The notes below the pieces were generated by a model, which worked only from the letters and a program-made list of their open reading frames with translations, was not told the DNA's origin and searched no databases. From the IMG/VR virus record IMGVR_UViG_3300046744_000160, positions 1-59,466 of that record: a DNA stretch of 59,466 bases. One strand, written 5' to 3'. Shown here piece by piece: positions 9,002 to 19,355 of this stretch. A program made the position numbers and the translations under genes. Source of the DNA: a virus (lineage: Duplodnaviria > Caudoviricetes). The stretch's first letter is position 1, and each line of letters opens with the position of its first letter.

Positions 9002-9300
9002 GCGGTTGTGCCCATATATGCCCCAACGATGCCCGCTCCACTAATATAGAATAAGTTGCTTATATCAGACAGAGCTTCAATCCGCTCAAGCGGTATCCAC
9101 GGCGTAAATAAAGCGGCTGTAAATAAACCCATACCCATCAAGGTGTATCTCGCCATACGCAATTGAGCCAAACTTTTACGCAAATCGCGCTCTGTCTCTC
9201 TGATTTCCTTGGCATGTTCTAACTCTGCGTCGGTAACGACACCATCTCCATCCATATCATATTTGTCGTAATCGCTCTCTGGCTGTAGCTTTTTACTCAT
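8983..9300 (-). CDS. EF-hand-containing two-TM membrane protein
   Basis: Start reassigned to ATG 9300 (GGAG RBS, overlaps upstream stop); DMDGDGVVTDAE loop followed by two hydrophobic helices. Confidence 0.75.
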   Translation of the reverse strand: MSKKLQPESDYDKYDMDGDGVVTDAELEHAKEIRETERDLRKSLAQLRMARYTLMGMGLFTAALFTPWIPLERIEALSDISNLFYISGAGIVGAYMGTTAWMSRK

Positions 9301-9992
9301 TTCTGGCTCTCCCGTATCTCTTTCAGGCTTTCCTGAACCGTCATTTCTCTTTTGGCATTGGGGTCGTACTTGCATTGATATTCGGACGGTATGTACTCCA
9401 TGTATGCAAAAATCTGTGACTCAATAGTGTTGTTTGCCCCCTTAAACACGCAAACCGTTTGCTTATTGTCCAGCTTCTCGCATTTTACCTTTCGGCAAGT
9501 CACCATCAAATCTTCTGCGTTAGCTATTGTCCCCTTCAAGAAGAAGACAAACCCAATTAACAGCCCTGCCCCAAAGACAAGCATTACTATCCACGCTACA
9601 ATTTCTACAAACTTGCGTCGTCGTTGCCTTTGAAGATACAAAGTTTCTTGTCGCTGCTTTCTAATCTTTCCCTCCATAGCAATAAGCTCGTCCCACTTGG
9701 ACTTGCCGTACATCATGCCTATAAAGTTTTTAAGATCAGTTCTCTGCTGTTCAGCATTTCTTTTTGCGGCAAACGTCTCCATTGCCTCTTGCTCAACAGA
9801 CTTGCCCGCAAACAGCTTCTTGAAAATTGGGGGGTTTTTGGCTTCTTTTTCAAGCATATCCAAATCAGATAGAGCGCCCATCCAGCGCCCTAAATCACTT
9901 GCCATACTTTCTATGTCACGGCCTATCTGTACGCCCTTCTTCACAGCGTTAAACGCTGCGGTGGCAGTAGCCATGACGGTAATGGGGTCCAT
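9297..9992 (-). CDS. Membrane protein (MDP.T..A family) with Cys-containing C-terminal domain
   Basis: 231 aa; coiled coil, one TM helix (IVAWIVMLVFGAGLLIGFVFFL), four Cys after it. Confidence 0.7.
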   Translation of the reverse strand: MDPITVMATATAAFNAVKKGVQIGRDIESMASDLGRWMGALSDLDMLEKEAKNPPIFKKLFAGKSVEQEAMETFAAKRNAEQQRTDLKNFIGMMYGKSKWDELIAMEGKIRKQRQETLYLQRQRRRKFVEIVAWIVMLVFGAGLLIGFVFFLKGTIANAEDLMVTCRKVKCEKLDNKQTVCVFKGANNTIESQIFAYMEYIPSEYQCKYDPNAKREMTVQESLKEIRESQK

Positions 9993-10055
9993 CGTTACCT
10001 AGCCTGTCGTTATGAATACAAGCTTCGGGGTGCCCCATCCCCTAAATTGTATTAT

Positions 10056-10250
10056 TTATTTACAGCTAATGTAGCTTCCGCCCTTTACGGCAGCGCCCAT
10101 GCCACGAGCAGTGCTTCTACCCATGCCTGTAGGCACTTTGACATCCGCTGTTTTACCGTAAGGAATACGGCCCTGACCTTGAATGTCCGCATACTCCACC
10201 GCCTTTGGCGCTGGACCGGGGGTGTTTGTTACAATCTTTACTACACTCAT
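10056..10250 (-). CDS. Small conserved protein downstream of portal (RGMGAA..GG motif)
   Basis: 64 aa; ATGA overlap with the portal stop. Confidence 0.7.
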   Translation of the reverse strand: MSVVKIVTNTPGPAPKAVEYADIQGQGRIPYGKTADVKVPTGMGRSTARGMGAAVKGGSYISCK

Positions 10251-12649
10251 TCTACGCTCCTCATTTTCATGCGTTCTCGTTCTAACGCTGCTTGAATACG
10301 GGCAGCGGTCTGTTCTTCTTGGCTCTGAATACGCTCGTCAAATTGACGTGACTTATCCATCATCTGAGCCTGCTTCAGGTTAAGCTCACGCTCTTCCATC
10401 TCTCTATCATTCTGTTCTGCTTGTGCGTCAAGCTGAAGTTCCTGTTGTTTGAGCGCAATCACTGGGTCAGGCTCTCCTCCACCAGAAAGCTGCCGTCCAA
10501 GATCCTGAACCATCTTCATACCCTGCGCCATAATCTGTGCAGCCAAAGCGTCTACTTGCATCTGCGCTTCTGGCGGAACCTGTTGCTGCTGTGTCAGGCC
10601 AAGCTGCGCCATCGCTTTCTCTACAGAGTCAATCTGCACATGCTGCATGACGTGCTTCTGTAAAGCTACCGCTACGTCGGGAGTGCCGCCAACAAGTGGT
10701 GAGCCCCCAAATACAAGATGAGCCATGATATGCGCTTCATGGTTCTGCCCCGGAAATGCCTGCAACCTGCCACGGTCAAGAGCGTCCATGTTTTCTTGTG
10801 CCGGGTCCTTTGGCACAGGTTGAACGGACTGCTCGTTCTTCAAATACTTGTCAATGTCCCTAACGCCAAGGGCCTCGTACATGTCACGATATACCTCGTA
10901 CATGTTGTGCATCTGCGGGGCCTGCGCCGCCAACTGCATCTTGGTTTGTGCCAGAGCGATCCTCTGCGCTTGCGAGAAAACATTTGGATTAGAGACAGGG
11001 ATAACGTCCACAGTGTCGTCAAAATCTTTTGCCTTAACCGCAGAATCCACGCCCTCTATTGCATATGGGTAGATAGGCGGCAAACTCTCCTTCATTACAC
11101 GCGCAAGAAGCTTAAATTCTATCTTCATCGCATAATGCAGGCGCTTATGCACCGCGCTCATCACGCGAGAGCCTTGCTCCATAAGGGCGATTGTAGTGCC
11201 CACTGCGGCCTGCTGGTTGCCGTCACCTACCTTCATGTCTGTTATAGTCGCAAAGCGTCTCCCTGCGTCCACAACGAAGCCTAAAAGCTGAAATAGGGTG
11301 CCATCCGGCCCCTTAAATGGCAGCGGCATAAGGCTGTCACGAATAGCCCCTCCGGGTGCGTCCACATCTCTGAACTCACCGGGCTGCAACGGGTCATCGT
11401 CGTCCCTGATCCGTAGTCCGCGGGCTTTGAAACCCGCTGGAAGGTTGGACAACGTGCCAGCGTCGATCAACTGTCGCAGTGCCGCCGTGGCGGTGCGTGA
11501 CAACCCGCCAATTGTGTGAATTAGCCCCAATCCGTAAAAACCAAAGCCCGGAAGGAACTTGTAGTGAACAAAATACTGGATTTTTTGCTTCGCAGGGTCG
11601 TTTTCGCTGTAATTTCTGCGAATAGATAGGACTTGTCCGTTATCTTGGCTTATGGTTACGATATACGGCAGCTTGATTCCAGTAGGTTCACCGTCTTCAC
11701 CCATGTCTTCGTACCCCTCAAGGTCCAAATCGACATGACATTCCAGCAAAGTACAGTCGTAGTCCACGGTTGACGGCTCCATGCCCGTGATTCGGTCCAA
11801 TTCACCCGTCAAATCGTCTTCATTTCCCTGTTGTGGCAGGACAGGGATGTCCCGATAGAAGCCCGCGATCTGGTTTTTACGCAAATCGTTCAAACTCATA
11901 CGCACAACATGAGTAATATTGGGACAACTTTGCAAATCCGCAGTCTCGTAGGGGACCACGAGGTTCTCTGCCGGGATAAATTTGCTCACGGCACGGTCTA
12001 AGTTGTCGTCATAGTACACTTTTTTGAACGTGCTACCCGCTAACGGCAGATAAAAGAGCATCTGATCCATGTCAGGCGTGTACTCTTCCATCTCATTAGT
12101 GATGTAATAGTTCATAAAGTCTTTGATACGCTGGGCTTGGTCGGATTTTGCCGCGTCTTCAGAGCCAACTATGGCAGTACGCACGGGCCCTCCCGCTGGC
12201 AACAACTCGTTGAACGCTTGGGCCTGAAATTGCACAGCAGCTTCCGCCAGAAGGGGATGCGTGACGCCAGATGCACCTCTGAAGGGCTCAGTCCTTTCTG
12301 AGTAGTTGAAGCCAAGAAGTTCAAGACCGTTGGCATAGGCATCTTCCCACTCCTGTCTACTTGCCTTATTCGCGTCAAAATCACTCGTAAGCTCACTGGC
12401 AATGCTGCCTAGCTCACGATCATCCATGTCCTCTGCCAAATTAGCAAAGAAATCAGTGCTGACCTCGCGCATAGACGGGTCAAAGTCAATAACCGCGCCA
12501 CCCTCTTCATCAATCTCTATGTCGATGTCGCTAGGAGCCCCGGACATGTCTAATGTGCCGGGTGCTTCAATCTCAACTTCCGCCATCAACTCTTCCTGAT
12601 CGACCTGCGGATTCTGATTGTCAACCAAGGATACGGGTGGTCTAGCCAT
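10247..12649 (-). CDS. Portal protein
   Basis: 800 aa; EPF.GASGV.HPLLAEA, FYLPLAGS.FKKVYYD, YKFLPG.GFYG.GLIH.IGGL, LRQLIDAGTLSNLPAGFK motifs; near terL. Confidence 0.9.
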   Translation of the reverse strand: MARPPVSLVDNQNPQVDQEELMAEVEIEAPGTLDMSGAPSDIDIEIDEEGGAVIDFDPSMREVSTDFFANLAEDMDDRELGSIASELTSDFDANKASRQEWEDAYANGLELLGFNYSERTEPFRGASGVTHPLLAEAAVQFQAQAFNELLPAGGPVRTAIVGSEDAAKSDQAQRIKDFMNYYITNEMEEYTPDMDQMLFYLPLAGSTFKKVYYDDNLDRAVSKFIPAENLVVPYETADLQSCPNITHVVRMSLNDLRKNQIAGFYRDIPVLPQQGNEDDLTGELDRITGMEPSTVDYDCTLLECHVDLDLEGYEDMGEDGEPTGIKLPYIVTISQDNGQVLSIRRNYSENDPAKQKIQYFVHYKFLPGFGFYGLGLIHTIGGLSRTATAALRQLIDAGTLSNLPAGFKARGLRIRDDDDPLQPGEFRDVDAPGGAIRDSLMPLPFKGPDGTLFQLLGFVVDAGRRFATITDMKVGDGNQQAAVGTTIALMEQGSRVMSAVHKRLHYAMKIEFKLLARVMKESLPPIYPYAIEGVDSAVKAKDFDDTVDVIPVSNPNVFSQAQRIALAQTKMQLAAQAPQMHNMYEVYRDMYEALGVRDIDKYLKNEQSVQPVPKDPAQENMDALDRGRLQAFPGQNHEAHIMAHLVFGGSPLVGGTPDVAVALQKHVMQHVQIDSVEKAMAQLGLTQQQQVPPEAQMQVDALAAQIMAQGMKMVQDLGRQLSGGGEPDPVIALKQQELQLDAQAEQNDREMEERELNLKQAQMMDKSRQFDERIQSQEEQTAARIQAALERERMKMRSVE

Positions 12650-12670
12650 GTTTTTCCCTCAAAATGTTGT

Positions 12671-15600
12671 TTACCTTACCATATAAGGTACAAATTCAGC
12701 AATCCCGCTGTTTACCGCGCCGCCTTCCTCGTACAGTTGGGCACCGGGCCGTGGTCCGACAGTAGCTTTTTTAACAGCCTCTCGCGCTTCTTCAAGAAGC
12801 TGGGCTGCACCTTTATTTTCACCACCAAATAAGCCTGTTTTTCTGGCCTCAACTATTTTTTTACCCGCTGTCATTAAATCAGATGAGGCTTCAATTCTTG
12901 CGGGCAGATACCCCGTACCCCTGATTGGGTCTATAGCCGCAACTCTTCTAAGTGCGTCTTCAACGTCCCTACGGGCAGATTTCAAGAGACTAAAGCTCTC
13001 GTTAAACTTTTGAGCCTCTGGGCCTTTATTGATTGAATTAGCAAAAGCAACCTTACGAGCATGGCGTGTGTCAAACAACTGCATTACTAGATCCGCATAC
13101 CCCGCAGGAACTGTAGCATTTACGTCTTTAAGAAAATCCTCCCTTGAAACACGTCCTATGTCTGTATTCGTTAAACGCCTGATTTGGTTTTTAACCTCAA
13201 AGGGAACATCAAAAACGTCCGCCCTTAATGGACTGAGATTGTTCTCCACCTTTTTTACAGGGCTCCCCGGCATACCTTTAAAAGACAAAAAGCCATCATC
13301 TGCAATAAACGAAATGGCCTCCCAAGCCGGGTATTCTCCAGAAGTGATTTCATCAGTAAGACGTTTTAGTTCTTGAGGGTCATTTGCTCTTCTGGCATTC
13401 ATCAAAGATAAAAACTTATACTCGTATTTAGTAGGAAGACCTATCTCCAAACCATTTCTTTGATCCACCGATAAAAGATCTAGGAACTTTCTTGAATCTC
13501 CTTTCACAGAATCGTCAATTAAGGTCCTCTGAAGTTCTAAGGCTTCTGCCCTTACTGCGTCTTTAACTTTATCTGACTTGGTCGAGTTTGTTCGCAAACG
13601 GAAATTTTCTAAAGAATCTAATAAATTCTGTCCTGCGTCCCCGTAGTTGTTGATGATACGGTCCCTCTCCACAGTGGTTTTCATCCCCATAGGGAGCGAA
13701 AGCTCCGTTGCAGTGTTGTAAATCCCGTTGTCAATAATGCTGCGTGTTTTTGGGCCAAGAGGCGTAGGCGCATTTACCGCAAGGTCAAACTGCTTGAGAG
13801 CCTGATCCAAAGGAATATTTTGTCTATTCGGGTCCCCAACGGTACTCCCAAAAGTGGTGCCAAAACTTTTTCGGGCACTGTCTAACGCAGTCAAAGCTTT
13901 AAGTTCGTATTCTGCGGTTGCTAAAACATCTTGGCTCTCCCGTTGCGTAAGCTGACGGGGCTTCATGCCATGTGAAAGGTCTTCGTGAATGTGAATTTCA
14001 CTCTCTATATATTCACTATTAGGCTTCTTAGAGAAAGGTTTTTCAGGATTGTACGCAGTAACCAAATACGCCGCAGGACTTAGATCCTCAACGTCCTGCA
14101 TTGTAATGTCTTTGTACTCGTAAATAGGCTCCCCGGTTTGATCGTCAAATTTACCTGTAGCCTTGTACCCCTTCTTCTGCGGTTCTACCGCAAGCATTCT
14201 TTCAATTCTTGGAACATAATTATCACTACCGCGACCTGTGAAATCCCGATAAGACACAGAAGCGTCCGTCCCTAATGAAAATCCGGGGCGTCCCTTCTCC
14301 GCACTCGCCGCAGCCCCCTGACCAAAAGCATCTCTAATCCGATTGCTAAAACCAAAATTCTCTAAAAGTTCCGTAACATCAACCTTCTCTCTAGAAGCAA
14401 GATCGGCAATCCTAGAAGGATCTATAGTGTATTTATCCACAGGCGCTGCAAGTGGGGGCATGTTCCTCCCAAAAGAATCTGGGCCTCTCTTAGAACCTCC
14501 AAAAATAAGATCTTCCAAATTATCTGGGACTTTAACGTCCATACCCATATACTTTGAACCATGCGCTAACCCGCGTATGCCGCCGCTTCCCCCGCCCAAG
14601 CTGCGAATTGTGACAGGGTCCGGTTTCCGCGCTTCTTGACCCCCTCCTAAAAGAGGACCAAAAGGGCCTATACCGTATTCAAGGTAAGGTTCCAGAGCCT
14701 CGTCTATGTCTTCTACCCTATCAACAACATCTAGTTCGTTCATAGAAGTTTCACGTTCACTTATTTCTTTACGGAGGCTGTCTACAGGATTCAGTAAAGC
14801 TTCTTCAGGATTTTCAAGCCTTCTTTGTACAGCGCGGGCTTCACCCTCTCCATACACTGTTTCATACGCCTGTATTGCGTAACGTCTTAAAGCTTGTGGG
14901 TTTTTAGCGGCTGCTTCTGGGAATCGCTCTTCAAGCATTTCATATATTTGTGCGGCAGACGCACCCCGGGGGAAACCTTCTATATCCTGAACGGCGTGTT
15001 GAACTTCGTGAAACACCACCGATTGAAATTCTTTTGCATCATCAAGATCCTTTACAGCGATCATTGGTTTACCAGAGGGGCTCTCTGCCGCATCAATATA
15101 TGCCGCCGAAGGGATATCAAAGGGTGACTCTCCTTCATTCGCAGTAAGTCGGATAACTTCTATATCTCTTAATTGAGGGTACTCGTCAAAAAGTTCTGGG
15201 AAATCAACAACCTCATCTAATGTCAAAGCTCTTCCGCCAAGGGTTACCAGAGCGCCGTTTTCTATAAAAACGCCTTTTCGATAACTGTCGTCTAAACCAA
15301 ACGCCTCCCCCGTTCCGTATTCTACGTTTTTCTTGCCTACCGCTTCAGAGCGAAGAGACGAGTTTCCCGTTGGAATTTCAAACCTAAATCCTTCTTGCCC
15401 CGGAGACATGGAGGAGGTGGGCGCTCCAAATATGGCATCATCAAAGTAGCCCTTTACCGATCTAAAAATGTCGTCCGCAGATTTACCCATAGCCCGCAAA
15501 GACAAAGCTGTCTTTTCTCTTGCTGCCCCAGTTTTAGAACGACGACCACCCATAATTCCAAGAACAGTGCCCCCGTCTCCTGCTGTTCTCGCAATGCTCT

Positions 15601-16051
15601 TTGCTGTGCCAAGGGCCAAGGCCCCGGAACCTGTTACCAAAAACGGATCAATAGTAGATATTTGTCCCGTGTCCGCGTCCTTTACACCTTCAAAACCCTG
15701 CGTTGCAGCAATGCCCGCAGCAAGCTGCTGCGAAGGTATCTGCTTAACCGCTTCTACAAACGCCTCTGCGGTATCTCCGGGGTCCTCCATAAACTGCCTG
15801 TAAAAGTCAATGCCACCTTGAACAATAGGAGGTAATGCCGCTTCGGCCTCCCCGTATGTTCCCTCAATAATTTCTCCCGGATAAACAACACCCATGTCTT
15901 CATAGGTGCTTTGGCTCCTTGGGGTTATTACAGGAAAACGAGTGGGGGACAGATATTCCGCGTAAATAGATTCAAGACCACCCAAAATGGGTACGTCTCT
16001 AAACTGTCTCAATTCTGGTGGGATGCCCTGATAGAAATCGTCTTCATCCAT
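12671..16051 (-). CDS. Large polyvalent-type protein: LPD23-like region with HExxH zincin motif, plus putative ADP-ribosyltransferase-like domain
   Basis: 1126 aa; FRFEI...L.EVVD.PELFDEYPQL...HEVQHAVQDIEGF..G...Y....GE.EAR, then HGS...GFSLGTD..VS...F...ESE. Confidence 0.65.
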   Translation of the reverse strand: MDEDDFYQGIPPELRQFRDVPILGGLESIYAEYLSPTRFPVITPRSQSTYEDMGVVYPGEIIEGTYGEAEAALPPIVQGGIDFYRQFMEDPGDTAEAFVEAVKQIPSQQLAAGIAATQGFEGVKDADTGQISTIDPFLVTGSGALALGTAKSIARTAGDGGTVLGIMGGRRSKTGAAREKTALSLRAMGKSADDIFRSVKGYFDDAIFGAPTSSMSPGQEGFRFEIPTGNSSLRSEAVGKKNVEYGTGEAFGLDDSYRKGVFIENGALVTLGGRALTLDEVVDFPELFDEYPQLRDIEVIRLTANEGESPFDIPSAAYIDAAESPSGKPMIAVKDLDDAKEFQSVVFHEVQHAVQDIEGFPRGASAAQIYEMLEERFPEAAAKNPQALRRYAIQAYETVYGEGEARAVQRRLENPEEALLNPVDSLRKEISERETSMNELDVVDRVEDIDEALEPYLEYGIGPFGPLLGGGQEARKPDPVTIRSLGGGSGGIRGLAHGSKYMGMDVKVPDNLEDLIFGGSKRGPDSFGRNMPPLAAPVDKYTIDPSRIADLASREKVDVTELLENFGFSNRIRDAFGQGAAASAEKGRPGFSLGTDASVSYRDFTGRGSDNYVPRIERMLAVEPQKKGYKATGKFDDQTGEPIYEYKDITMQDVEDLSPAAYLVTAYNPEKPFSKKPNSEYIESEIHIHEDLSHGMKPRQLTQRESQDVLATAEYELKALTALDSARKSFGTTFGSTVGDPNRQNIPLDQALKQFDLAVNAPTPLGPKTRSIIDNGIYNTATELSLPMGMKTTVERDRIINNYGDAGQNLLDSLENFRLRTNSTKSDKVKDAVRAEALELQRTLIDDSVKGDSRKFLDLLSVDQRNGLEIGLPTKYEYKFLSLMNARRANDPQELKRLTDEITSGEYPAWEAISFIADDGFLSFKGMPGSPVKKVENNLSPLRADVFDVPFEVKNQIRRLTNTDIGRVSREDFLKDVNATVPAGYADLVMQLFDTRHARKVAFANSINKGPEAQKFNESFSLLKSARRDVEDALRRVAAIDPIRGTGYLPARIEASSDLMTAGKKIVEARKTGLFGGENKGAAQLLEEAREAVKKATVGPRPGAQLYEEGGAVNSGIAEFVPYMVR

Positions 16052-17501
16052 AATATGCGCGGACCCTTGTGTACTTTTCTTCGTCTATGTCCCAATCATC
16101 AGACGGCAAAGACACAAAGTTGCCCTGTCGGTAACGCATAAGAGCCTGTGTCATGCTATCCACAAGGTCATCATACTCGCCATTTGGAAAAGCCGCAACT
16201 TCCTCTATCATCTCGTCAGCAAACGGGTCGTCCGTGGCATACACCATCCCCGCTTCAAACATAGGTGAAACAGAATGTACGCGAGACACCTTGTCCGTTC
16301 CGCGAGACGGGGTAAAGTTCACAACAGGAATACCCATATTGCGTAATTCTTGGGTCAAAGGGGTCCCTGAAGCCTTCGCTTCAATGATTACCGTGTCAGG
16401 TTCCCAAAAGTTATAGTTCTCAAAAGCTACCTGCTTCAATTCAGGAAAATCCCACCGCCCCTTCTTGCTGTCCAACAAAATAAGCGCAGGGGGACCCCCC
16501 GCTTCTTCCGGCCTGAACACGCCCCACGTCGTTATCGCAGAATAATCCGCCGTCTCCTTCTTGGAAAACGCCGTGTCGTAACTCTGAATTACATACTCAA
16601 GACTAGGTACCTCACGCTTCTCCCACTTCTTCCACCACTCACGAGGAATAATCGCATTCTCATCACCCGTTGGGCGCTGCTGATACTGCGCGTTCCATTT
16701 GGAGGGCGGGATCGACGCCTTCACCCGTTCAAGATCGTCCTTTGACCAAAACTCCGGCCAACAAGGTTCCTCATCGTCCATGATGGCAGGCAGTTCTACA
16801 ATCTCCCACTGATCTGCCTTCGGGTCCTGACCCATCTTCTTGATCAATTGACCCGTCAAATCCTTCTGCGACCACCGGGTCATAACCAAAATAATCGCAC
16901 CACCCGGCTGCAAACGCTGACGAGGGCCACCAGTGTACCAATCCCAGTCATTATCAAAACCAGACGCACTCATCGCCGTCTGCTCAGAATGGGGATCGTC
17001 AATAATAATTAAATCACCACCACGGCCCGCGAGGTTTGAGCCAACACCAACAGCATAATACATGCCACCGCGAGACGTATCCCAACGACCCGAAGCTTTA
17101 CTGTCCGCCGACAACGTGGCTTCAGGAAAAATCTCTGTATAATCCTCGCGTTCAAGAAGGTTCTTGACCTTACGACCAAAAGATACCGCAAGTTCCGTAG
17201 TGTGCGTTGCCTGAATAATTTTCATACCGGGGTTTTGACCAATAAACCACGCAGGCAAAAGGTATGACGCGAACTCAGATTTAGTGTGACGAGGAGCCAT
17301 GTTGATAATCAATCTTTTCAGGGACCCGTCAGCCACCCTTTGGAACTTCTCCGCTATTATTTGATGGTGGGGCCCCGCAATAAACTCCGGCCAGATAGCT
17401 TTTACAAATGATAAAAAATCGTTTTGACAAGCTTCAATGCGATTTAGCTGCGCTAATCGTAATTGTAACTTAACGGCTTGTTCTTGGACATCTGAACTCA
17501 T
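16044..17501 (-). CDS. terL: Terminase large subunit
   Basis: 485 aa; Walker A variant INMAPRHTKS, Walker B LIIIDDP, MTRW coupling motif, nuclease SYDTA...DYSA...DDLVDS. Confidence 0.95.
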   Translation of the reverse strand: MSSDVQEQAVKLQLRLAQLNRIEACQNDFLSFVKAIWPEFIAGPHHQIIAEKFQRVADGSLKRLIINMAPRHTKSEFASYLLPAWFIGQNPGMKIIQATHTTELAVSFGRKVKNLLEREDYTEIFPEATLSADSKASGRWDTSRGGMYYAVGVGSNLAGRGGDLIIIDDPHSEQTAMSASGFDNDWDWYTGGPRQRLQPGGAIILVMTRWSQKDLTGQLIKKMGQDPKADQWEIVELPAIMDDEEPCWPEFWSKDDLERVKASIPPSKWNAQYQQRPTGDENAIIPREWWKKWEKREVPSLEYVIQSYDTAFSKKETADYSAITTWGVFRPEEAGGPPALILLDSKKGRWDFPELKQVAFENYNFWEPDTVIIEAKASGTPLTQELRNMGIPVVNFTPSRGTDKVSRVHSVSPMFEAGMVYATDDPFADEMIEEVAAFPNGEYDDLVDSMTQALMRYRQGNFVSLPSDDWDIDEEKYTRVRAYYG

Positions 17502-18158
17502 GGGGGACCCTATATGTGAGAGTATAAGATAACACTTTTATTATCGTGGTAAACCATCTTTCTGCTAATTACTCATTTTGGGCGTGTCCCAAATAGTTCA
17601 ATACCAAAAATTTATATTAGCCATCAAAACCTGTTTGTTTTTTTATTGTACTGTTCGCGAAAAACTTGGACTTTGACGTCGTCTCCCCGTGCAGCCGGGC
17701 CAAAAAAATTTGGCCGCGGGCCTGTAATCGTTGTCCACCCTCGAAAATTAAGTTTACCGGGGCCCCGGACCTTTTCAGATTTTTCGATCCAGTAAGATTC
17801 GCGGTCCAGTGATCCCGGCGCTGAAATCACGCGATCTGGCGCTGGAATCGCGTCGGCTGCCGGGCGGTTTTTCGCGCCGGGATCGGTGACACCCGCGCCC
17901 GGTCCCCGGCTCCCGGTACGATCTGGGGGAATAAAAGGCCGGGGGCCTTTGTAAGTTATTTAAGGATTCAATCCCATAAAACCGCGGTTTTCAGCCATTT
18001 TAACGGGGGATTGCCCGTGTAATTATGTTTTGGGGCCTGAAAATCGACGTTTTGAGCCGTTAAAATAACTATTTGAGCAAATATCTAGATATTGACGACT
18101 AGGGGCTGCCGTGCGGCTCGGCCACCGCAATATGTGGTAGGCGCTCGGCTGCAGGCAT

Positions 18159-18194
18159 AAAAAAACCCCGTCCGGGGATATCCCGGGCGGGGTT
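18159..18194 (-). terminator. Rho-independent terminator after the DUF932 gene
   Basis: aaccccgtccggg...cccgggcggggtt stem; plus-strand A-run gives a U-tract on minus. Confidence 0.85.
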
Positions 18195-18200
18195 GTTTGA

Positions 18201-19355
18201 TTATGCGGCTTCTAAAACTGAGGCCTTACTAACGGCTGCCCAATTGGCTCGGCTCATGTTTAAAACATCACCGCCCAGTCGCTGCCATTGGTCGACGTCG
18301 TCCGCTGGTGCCTTGTGAGCTGCTGCGGTCACTGCGTTCAACAATGTTGCCCGTGATACGGGCTGACCCGCATATCCGGCTTGTCCTACTGTCTGGATCA
18401 ATCCGTCCATTATTGAACTGGTCTGTTTCTTTGGCAGTTTAAGAACGGTTCCGAGCTGCTGCACGGCCTTTTCGGTCGCTGTCCCTTCGATAACATCCCC
18501 CGCTGCCTCTTTCATCTGATCTAAAACACGATCAAAAGAATCACGGCTTGCATAATTTCGGACAAGGTCCCGCAATTTGAGCGATAGGCTGACATTGTCC
18601 GCGTCTTTTGCTTCGTCGGAAAGAATTGACCAAACATCCGAATCCCCGCGCGACGTTGTAACGTGGTTTTTGCGGTGTCGGTTTTCGGTCTGCATTCCAT
18701 TGAGACAGGCCAGTGTCCAATTAATTTGAAACAATTGAATTGAACCGTTGCCCGTTTCGGAATTACTGATGCCGATTCCAAGTGCCATCAGGTCCCCGAC
18801 GTTGGCCCCCTCGCCAACAATAGTTTCGGATTTAAACCGGGCATAAAGCCGTTTTTCGGTTATATCCGCGTTCACTATTTTCCAAGCTGCGTCTGAGTCC
18901 ATCAATTCCGGCAACACCGATTCCATTAGGTGGACATTGTCGAAGGTTTTGAACTTATCAGAAACAAAAGCACGGGCGATTCCAGTGTTCCCGGATTGTG
19001 AATCCATGTGGGCCCGGATCATCCGCTGCTGGGGTTCTTTCTCCCAAATTGCGTTTACTAAGCCGTCCCAATTGTCGGGATAATTTGCCCGCAACCTGCG
19101 AGCGGTCCTGACGTCAATTTCGGCCCGTTGCGCTATTTGATCAAAAGCAACATCGTTGACTCGTAACTGGCGGGTGGGTTCCCCGCCCTGCCCCTCTAGA
19201 ATTATCTCGCTTTCAGGTTTATCGTCCCAATTGCGAGTCCTGTAAAACAGGTGATCTGTTGGGGCCAGAAAATCCTCCGACCGGGCTGCCTGATCCTGTA
19301 CTTTAATCAGTAAGTTTTGCAGGGTGCGGCCTTCGTTTTCAATTACGTTTTGCAT
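18201..19355 (-). CDS. DUF932-family protein
   Basis: Start ATG 19355 (GGAG RBS); ARAFVSDKF..FDN...GIGISNSETG.GS...LAC.NGM motifs characteristic of DUF932. Confidence 0.75.
   Translation of the reverse strand: MQNVIENEGRTLQNLLIKVQDQAARSEDFLAPTDHLFYRTRNWDDKPESEIILEGQGGEPTRQLRVNDVAFDQIAQRAEIDVRTARRLRANYPDNWDGLVNAIWEKEPQQRMIRAHMDSQSGNTGIARAFVSDKFKTFDNVHLMESVLPELMDSDAAWKIVNADITEKRLYARFKSETIVGEGANVGDLMALGIGISNSETGNGSIQLFQINWTLACLNGMQTENRHRKNHVTTSRGDSDVWSILSDEAKDADNVSLSLKLRDLVRNYASRDSFDRVLDQMKEAAGDVIEGTATEKAVQQLGTVLKLPKKQTSSIMDGLIQTVGQAGYAGQPVSRATLLNAVTAAAHKAPADDVDQWQRLGGDVLNMSRANWAAVSKASVLEAA

Noticed and set aside
17624-17830. 68-aa ORF upstream of terL
   Set aside because: No RBS, lies in low-complexity GC-rich DNA; more likely non-coding
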